Position numbers and translations under genes: made by a program
Part shown: positions 18,468 to 28,231 of the stretch, piece by piece
Layout: each line of letters starts with the position of its first letter
Numbering within the stretch: position 1 is the stretch's first letter
Sequence record: DRR378314_190
DNA: 53,913 bases
Reading direction: 5' to 3' (one strand)
The notes under the pieces: model-generated
What the model was told of the DNA's origin: nothing
The model's database searches: none
What the model saw: only the letters and a program-made list of their open reading frames with translations

Positions 18468-20062
18468 GTCTTTTGCAGATCACCAATCTTAGCCTGTCGA
18501 TTTATGGTCTCGACATCCTGCGCGATGTCACCCTGTCGATTGATGCAGGCGAGATTGTGGCCGTCACCGGCGAAAGCGGCTCGGGAAAATCCATGACCGC
18601 CCTTGCGGTGATGGGGCTATTGCCAAAGGGAACGCGAACAAAGGGTCATATCCTATTGGGCGACCAAGAGCTGACCCAGTTGTCAGAGCCCGACCTCTGC
18701 GCGATGCGCGGCCGCGATATGGGCATGGTGTTTCAGGAACCGATGACGGCGCTGAACCCTGTGCAGACCATCGGCAGGCAGGTGGCCGAAACGATCCGTA
18801 TCCATGATCCGTCGCTGCCCCGCGCAGAGGCCGAGGCGCAGGCCGCCGCAACCCTGACACGTGTGGGGTTACCGCAAGACCGCTTTCCCTTGTCGCGCTA
18901 TCCGCATGAGCTGTCGGGCGGTCAGCGCCAACGTGTTGTCATCGCAATGGCCATCGCCCTGCGCCCCCGGCTGTTGATCGCCGATGAACCGACAACCGCA
19001 CTGGACGTGACCACACAGGCGCAAATCCTTGATCTGTTGAAATCACTGGCCCGCGAGGACGATATGGGCCTGTTGATGATCACCCATGACCTGGCCGTGG
19101 TCGCGGATATGGCTGACCGAATTGTGGTTATGCGCCGAGGTCAGATTGTTGAACAGGGGGCCACACAAACCCTGCTGCACGACATGCAACATCCCTATAC
19201 AAAGATGTTGTTTGCCGCCTCCAACCATCAGGTTGCCCTGCCCGCCGCGCCACCCCCGCAACCCTTGTTGGAGGTCCAGAACCTTGTGCGTGACTACCGG
19301 CTGCCGCGCAAAACCCTGTTTGGTCCTCCAGCAACTTTTCGCGCCATCGACGATGTCTCCTTTACCCTGCAACGTGGCGAACGTCTTGGGCTGGTTGGTG
19401 AAAGCGGCTGCGGAAAATCGACCCTAACACGTGCGTTATTGGGTCTGGAGCAGGTTCAAAGCGGTACAATCACTCTTGACGGGGATCCGGTGTTCACCGG
19501 CAATGCGCCCAACCTTGAGGTGCGCCGCAAGATGCAGGTGGTGTTTCAAGATCCTTTTGGCAGCTTCAATCCCCGCCATCGCGTAGATCGCCTGATCACA
19601 GAGCCCTTTCACCTGCTGCCCGATCCGCCGACCGGGGCTGATCGCAGCCGCGCGATTGATGAAGCACTGACCGCCGTGGGTCTGTCTCCCAGTGATGCCA
19701 CAAAATACATCCACGAATTTTCCGGTGGCCAACGTCAACGTATCGCAATTGCCCGCGCATTGATCATTAAACCCGAGTTGATCCTGTTTGACGAGGCCGT
19801 CAGCGCACTTGACGTCTCTGTCCGCGCCCAGATCCTTGATCTCCTGGGCACGCTTTGCGAGGCATATAATCTGACCTATCTGTTCATCTCGCATGATCTG
19901 TCTGTGGTGCGCACCATCACCGACCGCGTGCTGGTCATGCAGTCGGGCAAGATCGTGGAGCAGGGTCCGACCAAAGATGTGTTCGAGCGCCCACAGCACA
20001 GCTATACCCAAACCCTGATTGCAGCCGCCCCCGTACTGCCCGACATCGGAGCATCCAGATGA
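18464..20062 (+). CDS. Peptide ABC transporter ATP-binding protein with two fused ATPase domains
   Basis: Walker A GESGSGKS and GESGCGKS; LSGGQRQR and FSGGQRQR; ATGA overlap. Confidence 0.95.
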   Translation: MSLLQITNLSLSIYGLDILRDVTLSIDAGEIVAVTGESGSGKSMTALAVMGLLPKGTRTKGHILLGDQELTQLSEPDLCAMRGRDMGMVFQEPMTALNPVQTIGRQVAETIRIHDPSLPRAEAEAQAAATLTRVGLPQDRFPLSRYPHELSGGQRQRVVIAMAIALRPRLLIADEPTTALDVTTQAQILDLLKSLAREDDMGLLMITHDLAVVADMADRIVVMRRGQIVEQGATQTLLHDMQHPYTKMLFAASNHQVALPAAPPPQPLLEVQNLVRDYRLPRKTLFGPPATFRAIDDVSFTLQRGERLGLVGESGCGKSTLTRALLGLEQVQSGTITLDGDPVFTGNAPNLEVRRKMQVVFQDPFGSFNPRHRVDRLITEPFHLLPDPPTGADRSRAIDEALTAVGLSPSDATKYIHEFSGGQRQRIAIARALIIKPELILFDEAVSALDVSVRAQILDLLGTLCEAYNLTYLFISHDLSVVRTITDRVLVMQSGKIVEQGPTKDVFERPQHSYTQTLIAAAPVLPDIGASR

Positions 20063-20412
20063 CCAACCCCGTCAACCTTGCTGATAAACTGTCTCAGATC
20101 AGCACCTATTGGGATCCGCATGTGGTGGCGGATTATAACAGTAATGACGTCATGGTTGTGAAATTTCAGGGGGCGTTTCCGTTTCATTTGCACGAGGACA
20201 CCGATGATTTCTTTCTGGTCCTGAAAGGCGAAATGATCATGGACCTTGAAGGCGCGTCCCATCCTGTGAAATCTGGCGAAATCTATGTTGTACCCAAGGG
20301 CGTGACCCACCGCCCCAGAGCGGAACACGAATGCGAGGTCCTGCTGATAGAACCGAAAGGAGAGCCTAACACCGGCGATCCGGCCACCGCAGCGGCGAAA
20401 CCAAGACTATGA
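20059..20412 (+). CDS. Cupin domain protein
   Basis: FHLHEDTDDFF, GEIYVVPKGVTHRP; ATGA overlaps on both sides. Confidence 0.88.
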   Translation: MTNPVNLADKLSQISTYWDPHVVADYNSNDVMVVKFQGAFPFHLHEDTDDFFLVLKGEMIMDLEGASHPVKSGEIYVVPKGVTHRPRAEHECEVLLIEPKGEPNTGDPATAAAKPRL

Positions 20413-21398
20413 TTGCCGGACCCAAGAACCTGATCACCGACGTGCCCGGTCTGCTGGTCGGTAACGCACAGGACGAAGTTTTGAAATCCGGTACAACGGT
20501 GGTTCTGGCCGATGAACCCTTTACCGCTTCTGTGCATGTTATGGGGGGTGCGCCGGGCGCGCGGGAAACCGACCTGCTTGCCCCCGACAAATCCGTCGCG
20601 GCGGTTGATGCCTTGGTATTGTCGGGTGGCTCTGCTTATGGGTTGGACGCCTGTTCGGGTGTTGTGGACGGGTTGCGGGCCGCGGGGCGCGGGTTTCAGG
20701 TTGGCCGGGCAACCATCCCTCTTGTGCCCGGTGCCATCCTGTTTGATCTGTTAAACGGCGGTGACAAGGATTGGTTGGAAAACCCCTATCGTATACTGGG
20801 ACGACAGGCCTTTGACGCCGCATCAGAGACGTTTTCGCTTGGCACAGCGGGCGCGGGCACCGGCGCAATGTCTGCAATGTTGAAAGGTGGTCTTGGCTCT
20901 GCCTCCCTTGTTTTGCCTGATGGCAGCACCGTCGGGGCGCTGGTGGCGGCAAATCCGGTTGGTGCGGTCACAACTCCCGGCGACAGGCATTTCTACGCCG
21001 CCCCTTTTGAATTGAACGCAGAATTTGGCGGGCTTGGCCCCGATCCGGCCTCCGGCCTTGGCCTGTCTTTGGAAAGTCGGAAGGTTGTAGCAATGTCGCA
21101 GCGGGCCAATACGACAATCGCGATCATCGCCACCGATGCGACCCTGACAAAGGCCGAATGCCAACGTGTCGCCGTTGCGGCCCATGATGGAATTGGCCGG
21201 GCAACCGTGCCTGCACATACCCCGATGGATGGTGATCTGGTATTTGCCCTGACCACAGCGGACAAGCCTGCCGGGGATGTCTCCCTGATCGGGCATGCGG
21301 CCTCGCTCTGTCTGGCCCGCGCCATTGCCCGCGCGGTGTACGAGGCAACGCCAAACCCCAATGATCTGCTGCCCTGTTGGAGAACCCAGAATGCCTGA
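20409..21398 (+). CDS. P1/S58 (DmpA/NylC-like) self-cleaving amidohydrolase
   Basis: ITDVPGLLVG, GGAPGARETD, LSGGSAYGL, NTTIAIIATDA autoproteolysis site, HTPMDGDLVF. Confidence 0.88.
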   Translation: MIAGPKNLITDVPGLLVGNAQDEVLKSGTTVVLADEPFTASVHVMGGAPGARETDLLAPDKSVAAVDALVLSGGSAYGLDACSGVVDGLRAAGRGFQVGRATIPLVPGAILFDLLNGGDKDWLENPYRILGRQAFDAASETFSLGTAGAGTGAMSAMLKGGLGSASLVLPDGSTVGALVAANPVGAVTTPGDRHFYAAPFELNAEFGGLGPDPASGLGLSLESRKVVAMSQRANTTIAIIATDATLTKAECQRVAVAAHDGIGRATVPAHTPMDGDLVFALTTADKPAGDVSLIGHAASLCLARAIARAVYEATPNPNDLLPCWRTQNA

Positions 21399-22194
21399 AC
21401 TGCCCCTAGATGAGGTGACCCTGCATTATGAAGTCGACGGCAGCGGTCCACCACTCTTGTTGCTGGCGGGCATGTTGAGTGACAGCGCCGCCTGGGGCGC
21501 ATTTTTGCCGCTGATCAAGGATCATTTCACTGTAATCCGCCCTGACAACCGCACCACGGGGCGCACCGTGCCTTGGGATGCGCCTGCCGATTGCAGCTTG
21601 ATGGCACAAGACGCAGTGGCGCTGATGAACCACCTTGGGTTTGACCGGTTCCACGTCGGAGGCCATTCGCTGGGCGGGCTAATATCGCTTGAGATTGCTC
21701 ATATGGTACCGGATCAGGTGGCCAGCTGCGCGGTGCTTGCGTCGGGTCGTATCCGTGTGCCGCGCACCGCTGCGGTGTTTGAGGCGCTGCTGGCGGTGCG
21801 TCGCGCACCCAAAGGCGAGGAACTGTGGCTGCGGGCGCTTTATCCATGGCTGTTCGGCCATACTTTTTTTGAGAATCCCGCGCATGTCGAAACCGCGCTG
21901 GAGGCCAGCCTCGCCTATCCCCATGCTCAGACAGCTGATGCCATGGCGCATCAGCTTGCCGCTTTTGGCGCGTTCCGGCCCAAGGCGAAACCGGAAAACC
22001 TCACCTGCCCCACATTGGTTCTTTATGCGGGACAAGACCTGATGGTCCCGCCTGCCGCCGCACAGCCCAGCTTTTCCGGCATCCCCAACCTGACCGAAGC
22101 AACGATAGAGGCGGCAGGTCATTCGATCCATTGGGATGCCCCGCAAGAGGTCGCCGCGCATCTGACCAAATTTTTGGCCGCCAACCCGATCTAG
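21391..22194 (+). CDS. Alpha/beta-fold hydrolase
   Basis: Nucleophile elbow GHSLGG, GQDLMVP (Asp), AGHSIH (His); ATG 21391 overlaps the upstream stop. Confidence 0.9.
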   Translation: MPELPLDEVTLHYEVDGSGPPLLLLAGMLSDSAAWGAFLPLIKDHFTVIRPDNRTTGRTVPWDAPADCSLMAQDAVALMNHLGFDRFHVGGHSLGGLISLEIAHMVPDQVASCAVLASGRIRVPRTAAVFEALLAVRRAPKGEELWLRALYPWLFGHTFFENPAHVETALEASLAYPHAQTADAMAHQLAAFGAFRPKAKPENLTCPTLVLYAGQDLMVPPAAAQPSFSGIPNLTEATIEAAGHSIHWDAPQEVAAHLTKFLAANPI

Positions 22195-22195
22195 A

Positions 22196-22843
22196 TCAAC
22201 TCGCGTCAGGCTGGTTGGCCGGTGCCGCCTGTTCCAGTGCAGGCACCGCCATGCAATTGGCGTGAATGCGGTTGATTACCGGATAGGGTGACATATCGAC
22301 CTCAAAACGTGCGTTGTTCAGCACTTGTGCATATAGACACAGATCGGCCAGACCCACCGTATCGCCATGGCAGAAATCTCCGGTTTCAGGCTCCCCCGCC
22401 AGCCGGGTTTCCAACGCCTTCATGCCGGCGGCGGCCCAGTTGCGAAACCATGCCGCCTTGCCCGCCGCATCGACGCCAAACTCGGCCTCCAGATGTTTGA
22501 GAATGCGTAGGTTATTCACCGGATGAATATCCGCCGCCACGATCTGTGCCAGGCTGCGCACCCGTGCCCGACCCCATGGATCATGGGGCAACAAGGGCGG
22601 TTCGGGATGCACCTCGTCCAGCCATTCAAGGATCGCCATGGATTGCGGCAAGGCCCCTCGCGGTGTGACCAGTGTCGGCACCAGACCTGAAGGGTTCAAC
22701 GCCAGATGGGCCGCGCTTGCCTGCTCTCCCTTCAAGAGCGACAGCGGGACATAATCATAGCTTAACCCCTTAAGGTTCAGCGCCGCCCGCACCCGGACCG
22801 ACGTTGAAGAACGGAAATAGTTATGCAGCGTCAGGTCACTCAT
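22196..22843 (-). CDS. maiA: Maleylacetoacetate/maleylpyruvate isomerase (zeta-class GST)
   Basis: YFRSSTSVRVRAALNLKG, LNPSGLVP, DIHPVNNLRIL, PANQPDA. Confidence 0.92.
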   Translation of the reverse strand: MSDLTLHNYFRSSTSVRVRAALNLKGLSYDYVPLSLLKGEQASAAHLALNPSGLVPTLVTPRGALPQSMAILEWLDEVHPEPPLLPHDPWGRARVRSLAQIVAADIHPVNNLRILKHLEAEFGVDAAGKAAWFRNWAAAGMKALETRLAGEPETGDFCHGDTVGLADLCLYAQVLNNARFEVDMSPYPVINRIHANCMAVPALEQAAPANQPDAS

Positions 22844-23535
22844 GCGCGCGGCCCGATGGTAACTTCCAATTCGCCAATTCCATCCACACCACCGGTGATC
22901 ACATCCCCCGGCACCACGGCGCCAACACCAGCGGGGGTGCCAGTCATGATGATATCACCGGGCGCAATTTCCATGGCTTGCGACAAGATCGAAATATGTT
23001 CACGCACCGACCAGATCAGATCAGCGATATCAGCATCCTGACGGGTCTCGCCGTTCACGGCCAGCCAGATGCGTCCGGCCTCGACGCTGGGCACCTGTGC
23101 AATCGGTTTGATTGCGCCAATCGGTGCGGAGTGATCAAAGGCTTTGCCCCAATCCCATGGGCGGCCCATCTTCTTGGCCTCGCCCTGCAAGTCGCGGCGT
23201 GTCATATCCAACCCCACAGCAGCGCCCCAAACGTGATCCATCACATCGGCCTCGGCAATGTCAGCGCCACCTTTGTGGATCGCTATCACCAGCTCAATCT
23301 CATGATGCAGATCCTCGGTCAGCTTCGGGTAGGGGATGGTGCAAGGGGTATCCAAAGCGGCATCCGCCGGTTTTGTGAAAAAGAACGGTGCCTCGCGGGT
23401 TGGATCCTTGCCCATCTCGCGGGCATGCGCCTCGTAATTGCGCCCCACACAAAAGATCCGGCGAATGGGGAAACGGTCTGCGCTGCCCTGTACGGCAAGG
23501 CTGGCCTGTTTGGGCGCATTGATTACATACATCAC
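22840..23535 (-). CDS. Fumarylacetoacetate hydrolase family protein (fumarylpyruvate hydrolase-like)
   Basis: RIFCVGRNY, PFFFTKP, HHEIEL, DMTRRDLQ, GDIIMTGTPAGVG. Confidence 0.92.
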   Translation of the reverse strand: MMYVINAPKQASLAVQGSADRFPIRRIFCVGRNYEAHAREMGKDPTREAPFFFTKPADAALDTPCTIPYPKLTEDLHHEIELVIAIHKGGADIAEADVMDHVWGAAVGLDMTRRDLQGEAKKMGRPWDWGKAFDHSAPIGAIKPIAQVPSVEAGRIWLAVNGETRQDADIADLIWSVREHISILSQAMEIAPGDIIMTGTPAGVGAVVPGDVITGGVDGIGELEVTIGPRA

Positions 23536-23604
23536 GTGTCCTTTGCAGCGTCTGGATGGATATCCGTACCCAACATGCCCGCATCACAGAGGTCAATACA
23601 GGAG

Positions 23605-24015
23605 TTACCGTCGGGCGGAGCCACCTTCGACCTCTTGCGCCAGATCAGACAGGATCGGGCAATCCGGGCGATTGTCCCCCGCACAGGAGCGTACAAGGGC
23701 ATTCAACGTATCGCGCATGGCTGTGAGCTCGGCCAGTTTCTGATCAATCTCGCCCAAATGCTGCTGTGCAATTGCTTTGACATCTGCGCTGGCACGATCC
23801 TGATCATCGTATAGTGCCAAAAGGCTTCGGCAGCTTTCAACAGGAAAGCCCAAGGAACGGGACCGCGCCAGAAAGGCCAGTTTATGCACATCACTGTTTG
23901 AAAACTCGCGATAGCCATTGGCCCGGCGCGACGGTCGCACAAGGCCCACCTCTTCGTAATAGCGGATGGTTTTGGCAGGCAAGCCTGTAACATCGCTGAC
24001 AGATTTGATGTTCAT
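23605..24015 (-). CDS. cueR: Cu(I)-responsive MerR-family regulator
   Basis: KTIRYYEEVGL, NGYREF, metal loop CAGDNRPDCPIL; ATG immediately after the copA stop. Confidence 0.93.
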   Translation of the reverse strand: MNIKSVSDVTGLPAKTIRYYEEVGLVRPSRRANGYREFSNSDVHKLAFLARSRSLGFPVESCRSLLALYDDQDRASADVKAIAQQHLGEIDQKLAELTAMRDTLNALVRSCAGDNRPDCPILSDLAQEVEGGSARR

Positions 24016-24016
24016 C

Positions 24017-26464
24017 TCACACCCCCACATGACGCAAGCGCAGCGCATTGCCCAATACAAACACCGATGAAAACGCCATCGCCCCCGCTGCAAGACCCGG
24101 TGACAAAAGCATACCAAAGGCGGGATATAACGCGCCCGCGGCCACCGGGATCAAGGCTGCATTATAACCGAAAGCCCAGATAAGATTTTGCTTGATGTTG
24201 CGCAGGGTCTGTCGCGACAGGTCAAACGCATGCACCACACCTTGCACATCTCCCGACATCAGCACCACATCCGCCGTTTCGATGGCAACATCCGTCCCGG
24301 TGCCAATTGCAATACCCACATCCGCCTCGGCCAGCACCGGCGCATCATTGATGCCATCGCCCACGAATGCGATCTTTCCATACGCCTCGCGCAGGGATTT
24401 CAGCGCATCGATTTTACCCTCGGGCAGGACATCGGCAATCACCGTTTCAATGCCAAGGCTCTGCGCCACGGCTTTGGCTGTGTCCCTACTGTCCCCGGAT
24501 ATCATCGCCACTTGCACCCCACGGGCTTGCAGCGCCGCGATGGCGTCCTTGCTGGTTGGACGCAGGGGATCAGAGATGACAATGATTGCGACAACTTTGT
24601 TTTCGACAGCAACAAAGGAAACGGTATGCCCTTTTGCCCTTGCTGCTGATGCACGCGCTTCCAGCTCCTGTATGGCGGCACCACAGTCCTGCATCATACG
24701 CGCATTCCCCACTGCAACATCCTGACCCTCAACCTTACCACGGATGCCTTTGCCCGAGATGGTTTGCACATCCGTGGCTTCTGGCAGGGTCAGGCCCTTG
24801 TCGGCTACAGCCTCTAAAATCGCATGTGCCAAAGGATGTTCAGAGCGGGACTCGAGGGCGGAAACCTGCGCAAGTATGTGGTCCCCTGCCGCCGGGTCGA
24901 TACTGACAAGATCAGTCAGCATCGGTTTGCCCAGCGTCAGCGTACCGGTCTTGTCAAAGGCCACCATTTTTACATCACAGAGCGATTGCAGGGCATCCCC
25001 TTGACGAAACAACACACCAAGTTCTGCCGCGCGGCCACTGCCCACAAGAATGGAGGTAGGTGTTGCCAACCCCATCGCGCAGGGGCAGGCAATAATCAAA
25101 ACCGATACCCCCGCCACCAGCGCGTAAGAAAGCGATGGTTCCGGGCCAAAAAACAGCCAGAGACCCACGGTCAGCAAGGCAATCCCCATCACAGCAGGCA
25201 CAAACCAAAGCGTAACCCGATCCACCAGCGCCTGAATCGGCAGCCTTGCCCCTTGGGCCTGCTGAACCATGCGAATAATCTGCGCCAATGTCGTGTCGTG
25301 GCCGACCCGCGACACCTCGCAAATCAAACTGCCATGCCCGTTCACCGTACCCCCGGTCAGCCCATCACCTGCCGATTTCGTCACTTGCATCGGCTCGCCG
25401 GTCATCATGCTTTCGTCAACTGTGCCGGTGCCCTCGATCAGCACCGCGTCTGTCGGAACACGTTCGCCCGGCTTGAGCAGGAATCGCACCCCGACTTGCA
25501 ATTCCGCTACTGGCACTTCGACCCAGTCCTGTCCTTGTGCAACCCGCGCGGTGCGGGGCTGCAGGCCGATCAATTTTTGAATCGCAGCACCGGTTTGCCC
25601 TTTGGCCCGTGCTTCAAACCAGCGGCCCAAAAGGATCAATGTGACAATCACCGCCGCCGCTTCGAAATAGACCGCCCGTGTGCCCGCAGGCAAAACCGAA
25701 GGGATAAACAGCGCAATTGTCGAAAAGATCCAGGCCGCCCCGGCGCCCAATGCCACAAGGCTGTTCATATTCGGAGCCATCCGCCACAGGGCCGGCAAGC
25801 CATTGAAAAAGAACTGCCGCCCCGGCCCGAACAGGACAAGGCTGGTAAGCACAAACTGGATTCGCCAGCTGTTCTCCATCCCGATGGTACGCCCGATCAG
25901 GTGATGCAGCGCCGGAAACAGATGCCCGCCCATCTCCAAAATAAAGACCGGGAGTGACAGGGCAGCCGCCCACAACATGATGCGCCGGCTATGCGCGGCC
26001 TCTGCCTCTTTCTGCACGTGCCGGTCCACAGGTGTTTCATCACTGGGAAGGGACGCAGGATACCCCGCCTTGGTCGCAACATCGGCCAAACCCTGCGCGG
26101 TGATCAGGCTTGGCACAAACGCAATGGTTGCGGATTCATCCGCCAAATTGACCTGTGCATGCAACACACCTGCCTTGGCATCCAATGCCTTTTGCAACCG
26201 GCCCACACAAGAGGCGCAGGACATACCACTGATCATCAGGCGGAGCTCTTGGGTCTGCGCCGGGTATCCCGCCGCCTCCAGGGCGCGCAACGCATCCTGG
26301 GCGGTTTGCACATCCGGCGACGAAAACTGCACCGTTTCTTCGGCAAGGTTAACCGAGACATCTTTCAGCCCCGAAACTGCCTCAACCGCGCGGACCACCC
26401 GGGCGGCACAAGAGCCGCAAACCATATTCTGTACCGGTAAAACCACAGACTGTCCCAACGCCAT
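24017..26464 (-). CDS. copA: Copper-translocating P1B-type ATPase
   Basis: Two HMA motifs (MVCGSC, MSCASC), TGEP, CPCAMGLATP, DKTGT, EHP, GDGINDAP, YN; start ATG 26464. Confidence 0.96.
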   Translation of the reverse strand: MALGQSVVLPVQNMVCGSCAARVVRAVEAVSGLKDVSVNLAEETVQFSSPDVQTAQDALRALEAAGYPAQTQELRLMISGMSCASCVGRLQKALDAKAGVLHAQVNLADESATIAFVPSLITAQGLADVATKAGYPASLPSDETPVDRHVQKEAEAAHSRRIMLWAAALSLPVFILEMGGHLFPALHHLIGRTIGMENSWRIQFVLTSLVLFGPGRQFFFNGLPALWRMAPNMNSLVALGAGAAWIFSTIALFIPSVLPAGTRAVYFEAAAVIVTLILLGRWFEARAKGQTGAAIQKLIGLQPRTARVAQGQDWVEVPVAELQVGVRFLLKPGERVPTDAVLIEGTGTVDESMMTGEPMQVTKSAGDGLTGGTVNGHGSLICEVSRVGHDTTLAQIIRMVQQAQGARLPIQALVDRVTLWFVPAVMGIALLTVGLWLFFGPEPSLSYALVAGVSVLIIACPCAMGLATPTSILVGSGRAAELGVLFRQGDALQSLCDVKMVAFDKTGTLTLGKPMLTDLVSIDPAAGDHILAQVSALESRSEHPLAHAILEAVADKGLTLPEATDVQTISGKGIRGKVEGQDVAVGNARMMQDCGAAIQELEARASAARAKGHTVSFVAVENKVVAIIVISDPLRPTSKDAIAALQARGVQVAMISGDSRDTAKAVAQSLGIETVIADVLPEGKIDALKSLREAYGKIAFVGDGINDAPVLAEADVGIAIGTGTDVAIETADVVLMSGDVQGVVHAFDLSRQTLRNIKQNLIWAFGYNAALIPVAAGALYPAFGMLLSPGLAAGAMAFSSVFVLGNALRLRHVGV

Positions 26465-26490
26465 TTTCCTTCTATTTCTCTCTTGGAGGA

Positions 26491-26521
26491 CAGATAGGGG
26501 TTCCAGTAGCTGGAAGGTCAA
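26491..26521 (-). promoter_or_regulatory. CueR-type promoter/operator of copA
   Basis: Minus strand TTGACC, 19-nt spacer, TATCTG; dyad ACCTTCC-N7-GGAACCC with perfect core TTCCAG-N3-CTGGAA (26501-26515). Confidence 0.88.
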
Positions 26522-26772
26522 TAGGTGATCTTAAATCGATTGCAATCGTCTGATAACTTGTTGTTCACCGCCTCTGTTACACATGCTGACAGCACCTTTC
26601 CCTGTAAAACACTACCATAAAGGGAACATGTGATCCCAAAAACCAACAAAATTCGTGACTTGGCGAAAAGCCACTCATACTCTTGGTGGACTGGACTATT
26701 GTCTCTTGCAACTCAGGGGCACGCCACTTTAACAGAAGACGTTAACGGCTGCGGCAACGAAAAGGACGAGCA

Positions 26773-28227
26773 ATGACAACCAATGACATCACTCCGGTGA
26801 TCCTATGTGGCGGATCAGGAACACGTCTTTGGCCGGTTTCTCGTAAGAGTTTTCCCAAACAATTCATTGATCTGATCGGTGAAGGCAGCCTGTTTCAGCA
26901 ATCCAGCAAACGTTTGTCCGGCAGTGGATTTGCAGAACCCATTGTTGTCACCAACTCTGATTTCCGGTTTATCGCCACGCAACAATTGCATGATGCAGGT
27001 ATTACGCCAAACACGGTTCTGATCGAACCTGAGGCCCGCAATACCGCACCCGCGCTTCTGGCTGCCGCTTTGGTTGCCGCGCAAAAAGATCCCGCGCAGC
27101 TAATGCTCGCCGCGCCGTCGGATCATTATATCACCCAGGCTGATGTGTTCTGCGACAACGTCCGCCGCGGCGTCGCCGCCGCGCAAGCAGGGCAGATCGT
27201 AACCTTTGGCATCACCCCTGACAAACCTGAAACCGGCTATGGCTATCTTGAGCTGGGCGAAGGCAGCGTGCATGGCGCAATGCCGCTGAAACGTTTTGTT
27301 GAAAAACCGGTTCTGGCCGAAGCACAGCGAATGTTGGATGCTGGCGGCTATCTGTGGAACGCCGGTATCTTTATGTACGCTGCCCAAACGATGGTTGACG
27401 CCTTCGCCGCGCACGCGCCAGAGATGCTGGTCCATGTGCAGGCCGCCGTTGACTCAGCCGAACCCGATCTGGGGTTCCTGCGCCTTGACCCTGACGCTTG
27501 GGCAAAATGCGAAGATATCTCTGTTGATTTTGCAATCATGGAAAAGGTGAGCAATCTCAGTGTCATCGCCCATGATGGTGATTGGTCCGATATGGGCGGC
27601 TGGAACGCGGTGCATCTGCATGCGGAGAAGGATGCCGATGGTGTCGCGCTTCAGGGCCGCACCCATGCGGTTGAATGCAAGGATACGCTGCTGCGTTCGG
27701 AATCCGGCGCGGTGCAGCTGGTCGGCCTGGGTCTGGAAAACATCGTTGCGGTGGCCATGCCCGACGCAGTGCTGGTTGCTGACCGCAGCCGCACCTCGAC
27801 GCTGGGGAATGTGGTGAAACAGATGCGCGCCGCCGCTGTGCCGCAGGCCGATAACTTCCCCAAGGATCACCGCCCCTGGGGCTTTTTCGAAACGCTGATC
27901 CTGTCTGACAGCTTTCAAGTGAAACGCATTGTGGTGAACCCCGGTGCCGCGCTCAGCCTGCAAAGCCATGAACACCGCTCTGAACACTGGATTGTAGTGG
28001 TGGGCACCGCGAAGGTCACCGTCGGACCGGACCGCGACAATCTGGATGTCAAAATGGTGCACCAGAATGAATCAGTCTACATTCCTCTGCACGCCATTCA
28101 CCGCATGGAAAACCCCGGTGACACCCCGATGGAGCTGATCGAAGTACAGACCGGCAGCTATCTGGGCGAAGATGACATTGTGCGCTACGAAGACGTCTAT
28201 TCCCGCGGCCAGGGGGCAAAGGGGTAA
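26773..28227 (+). CDS. manC: Mannose-1-phosphate guanylyltransferase / mannose-6-phosphate isomerase
   Basis: ILCGGSGTRLWPVSR, EPEARNTAPA, FVEKP, WNAGIF, RPWG, SLQSHEHRSEHW. Confidence 0.96.
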   Translation: MTTNDITPVILCGGSGTRLWPVSRKSFPKQFIDLIGEGSLFQQSSKRLSGSGFAEPIVVTNSDFRFIATQQLHDAGITPNTVLIEPEARNTAPALLAAALVAAQKDPAQLMLAAPSDHYITQADVFCDNVRRGVAAAQAGQIVTFGITPDKPETGYGYLELGEGSVHGAMPLKRFVEKPVLAEAQRMLDAGGYLWNAGIFMYAAQTMVDAFAAHAPEMLVHVQAAVDSAEPDLGFLRLDPDAWAKCEDISVDFAIMEKVSNLSVIAHDGDWSDMGGWNAVHLHAEKDADGVALQGRTHAVECKDTLLRSESGAVQLVGLGLENIVAVAMPDAVLVADRSRTSTLGNVVKQMRAAAVPQADNFPKDHRPWGFFETLILSDSFQVKRIVVNPGAALSLQSHEHRSEHWIVVVGTAKVTVGPDRDNLDVKMVHQNESVYIPLHAIHRMENPGDTPMELIEVQTGSYLGEDDIVRYEDVYSRGQGAKG

Positions 28228-28231
28228 GGCA

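Noticed and set aside
26537-26548. 12-bp palindrome CGATTGCAATCG between copA and manC
   Set aside because: Cannot be assigned to a regulator; one such palindrome in 54 kb is plausible by chance.
26522-26772. ncRNA or riboswitch in the longest intergenic regions
   Set aside because: No recognisable riboswitch, tRNA or sRNA-terminator pattern here or at 16463-16707 and 32799-33014; a covariance-model search would be needed to exclude one.
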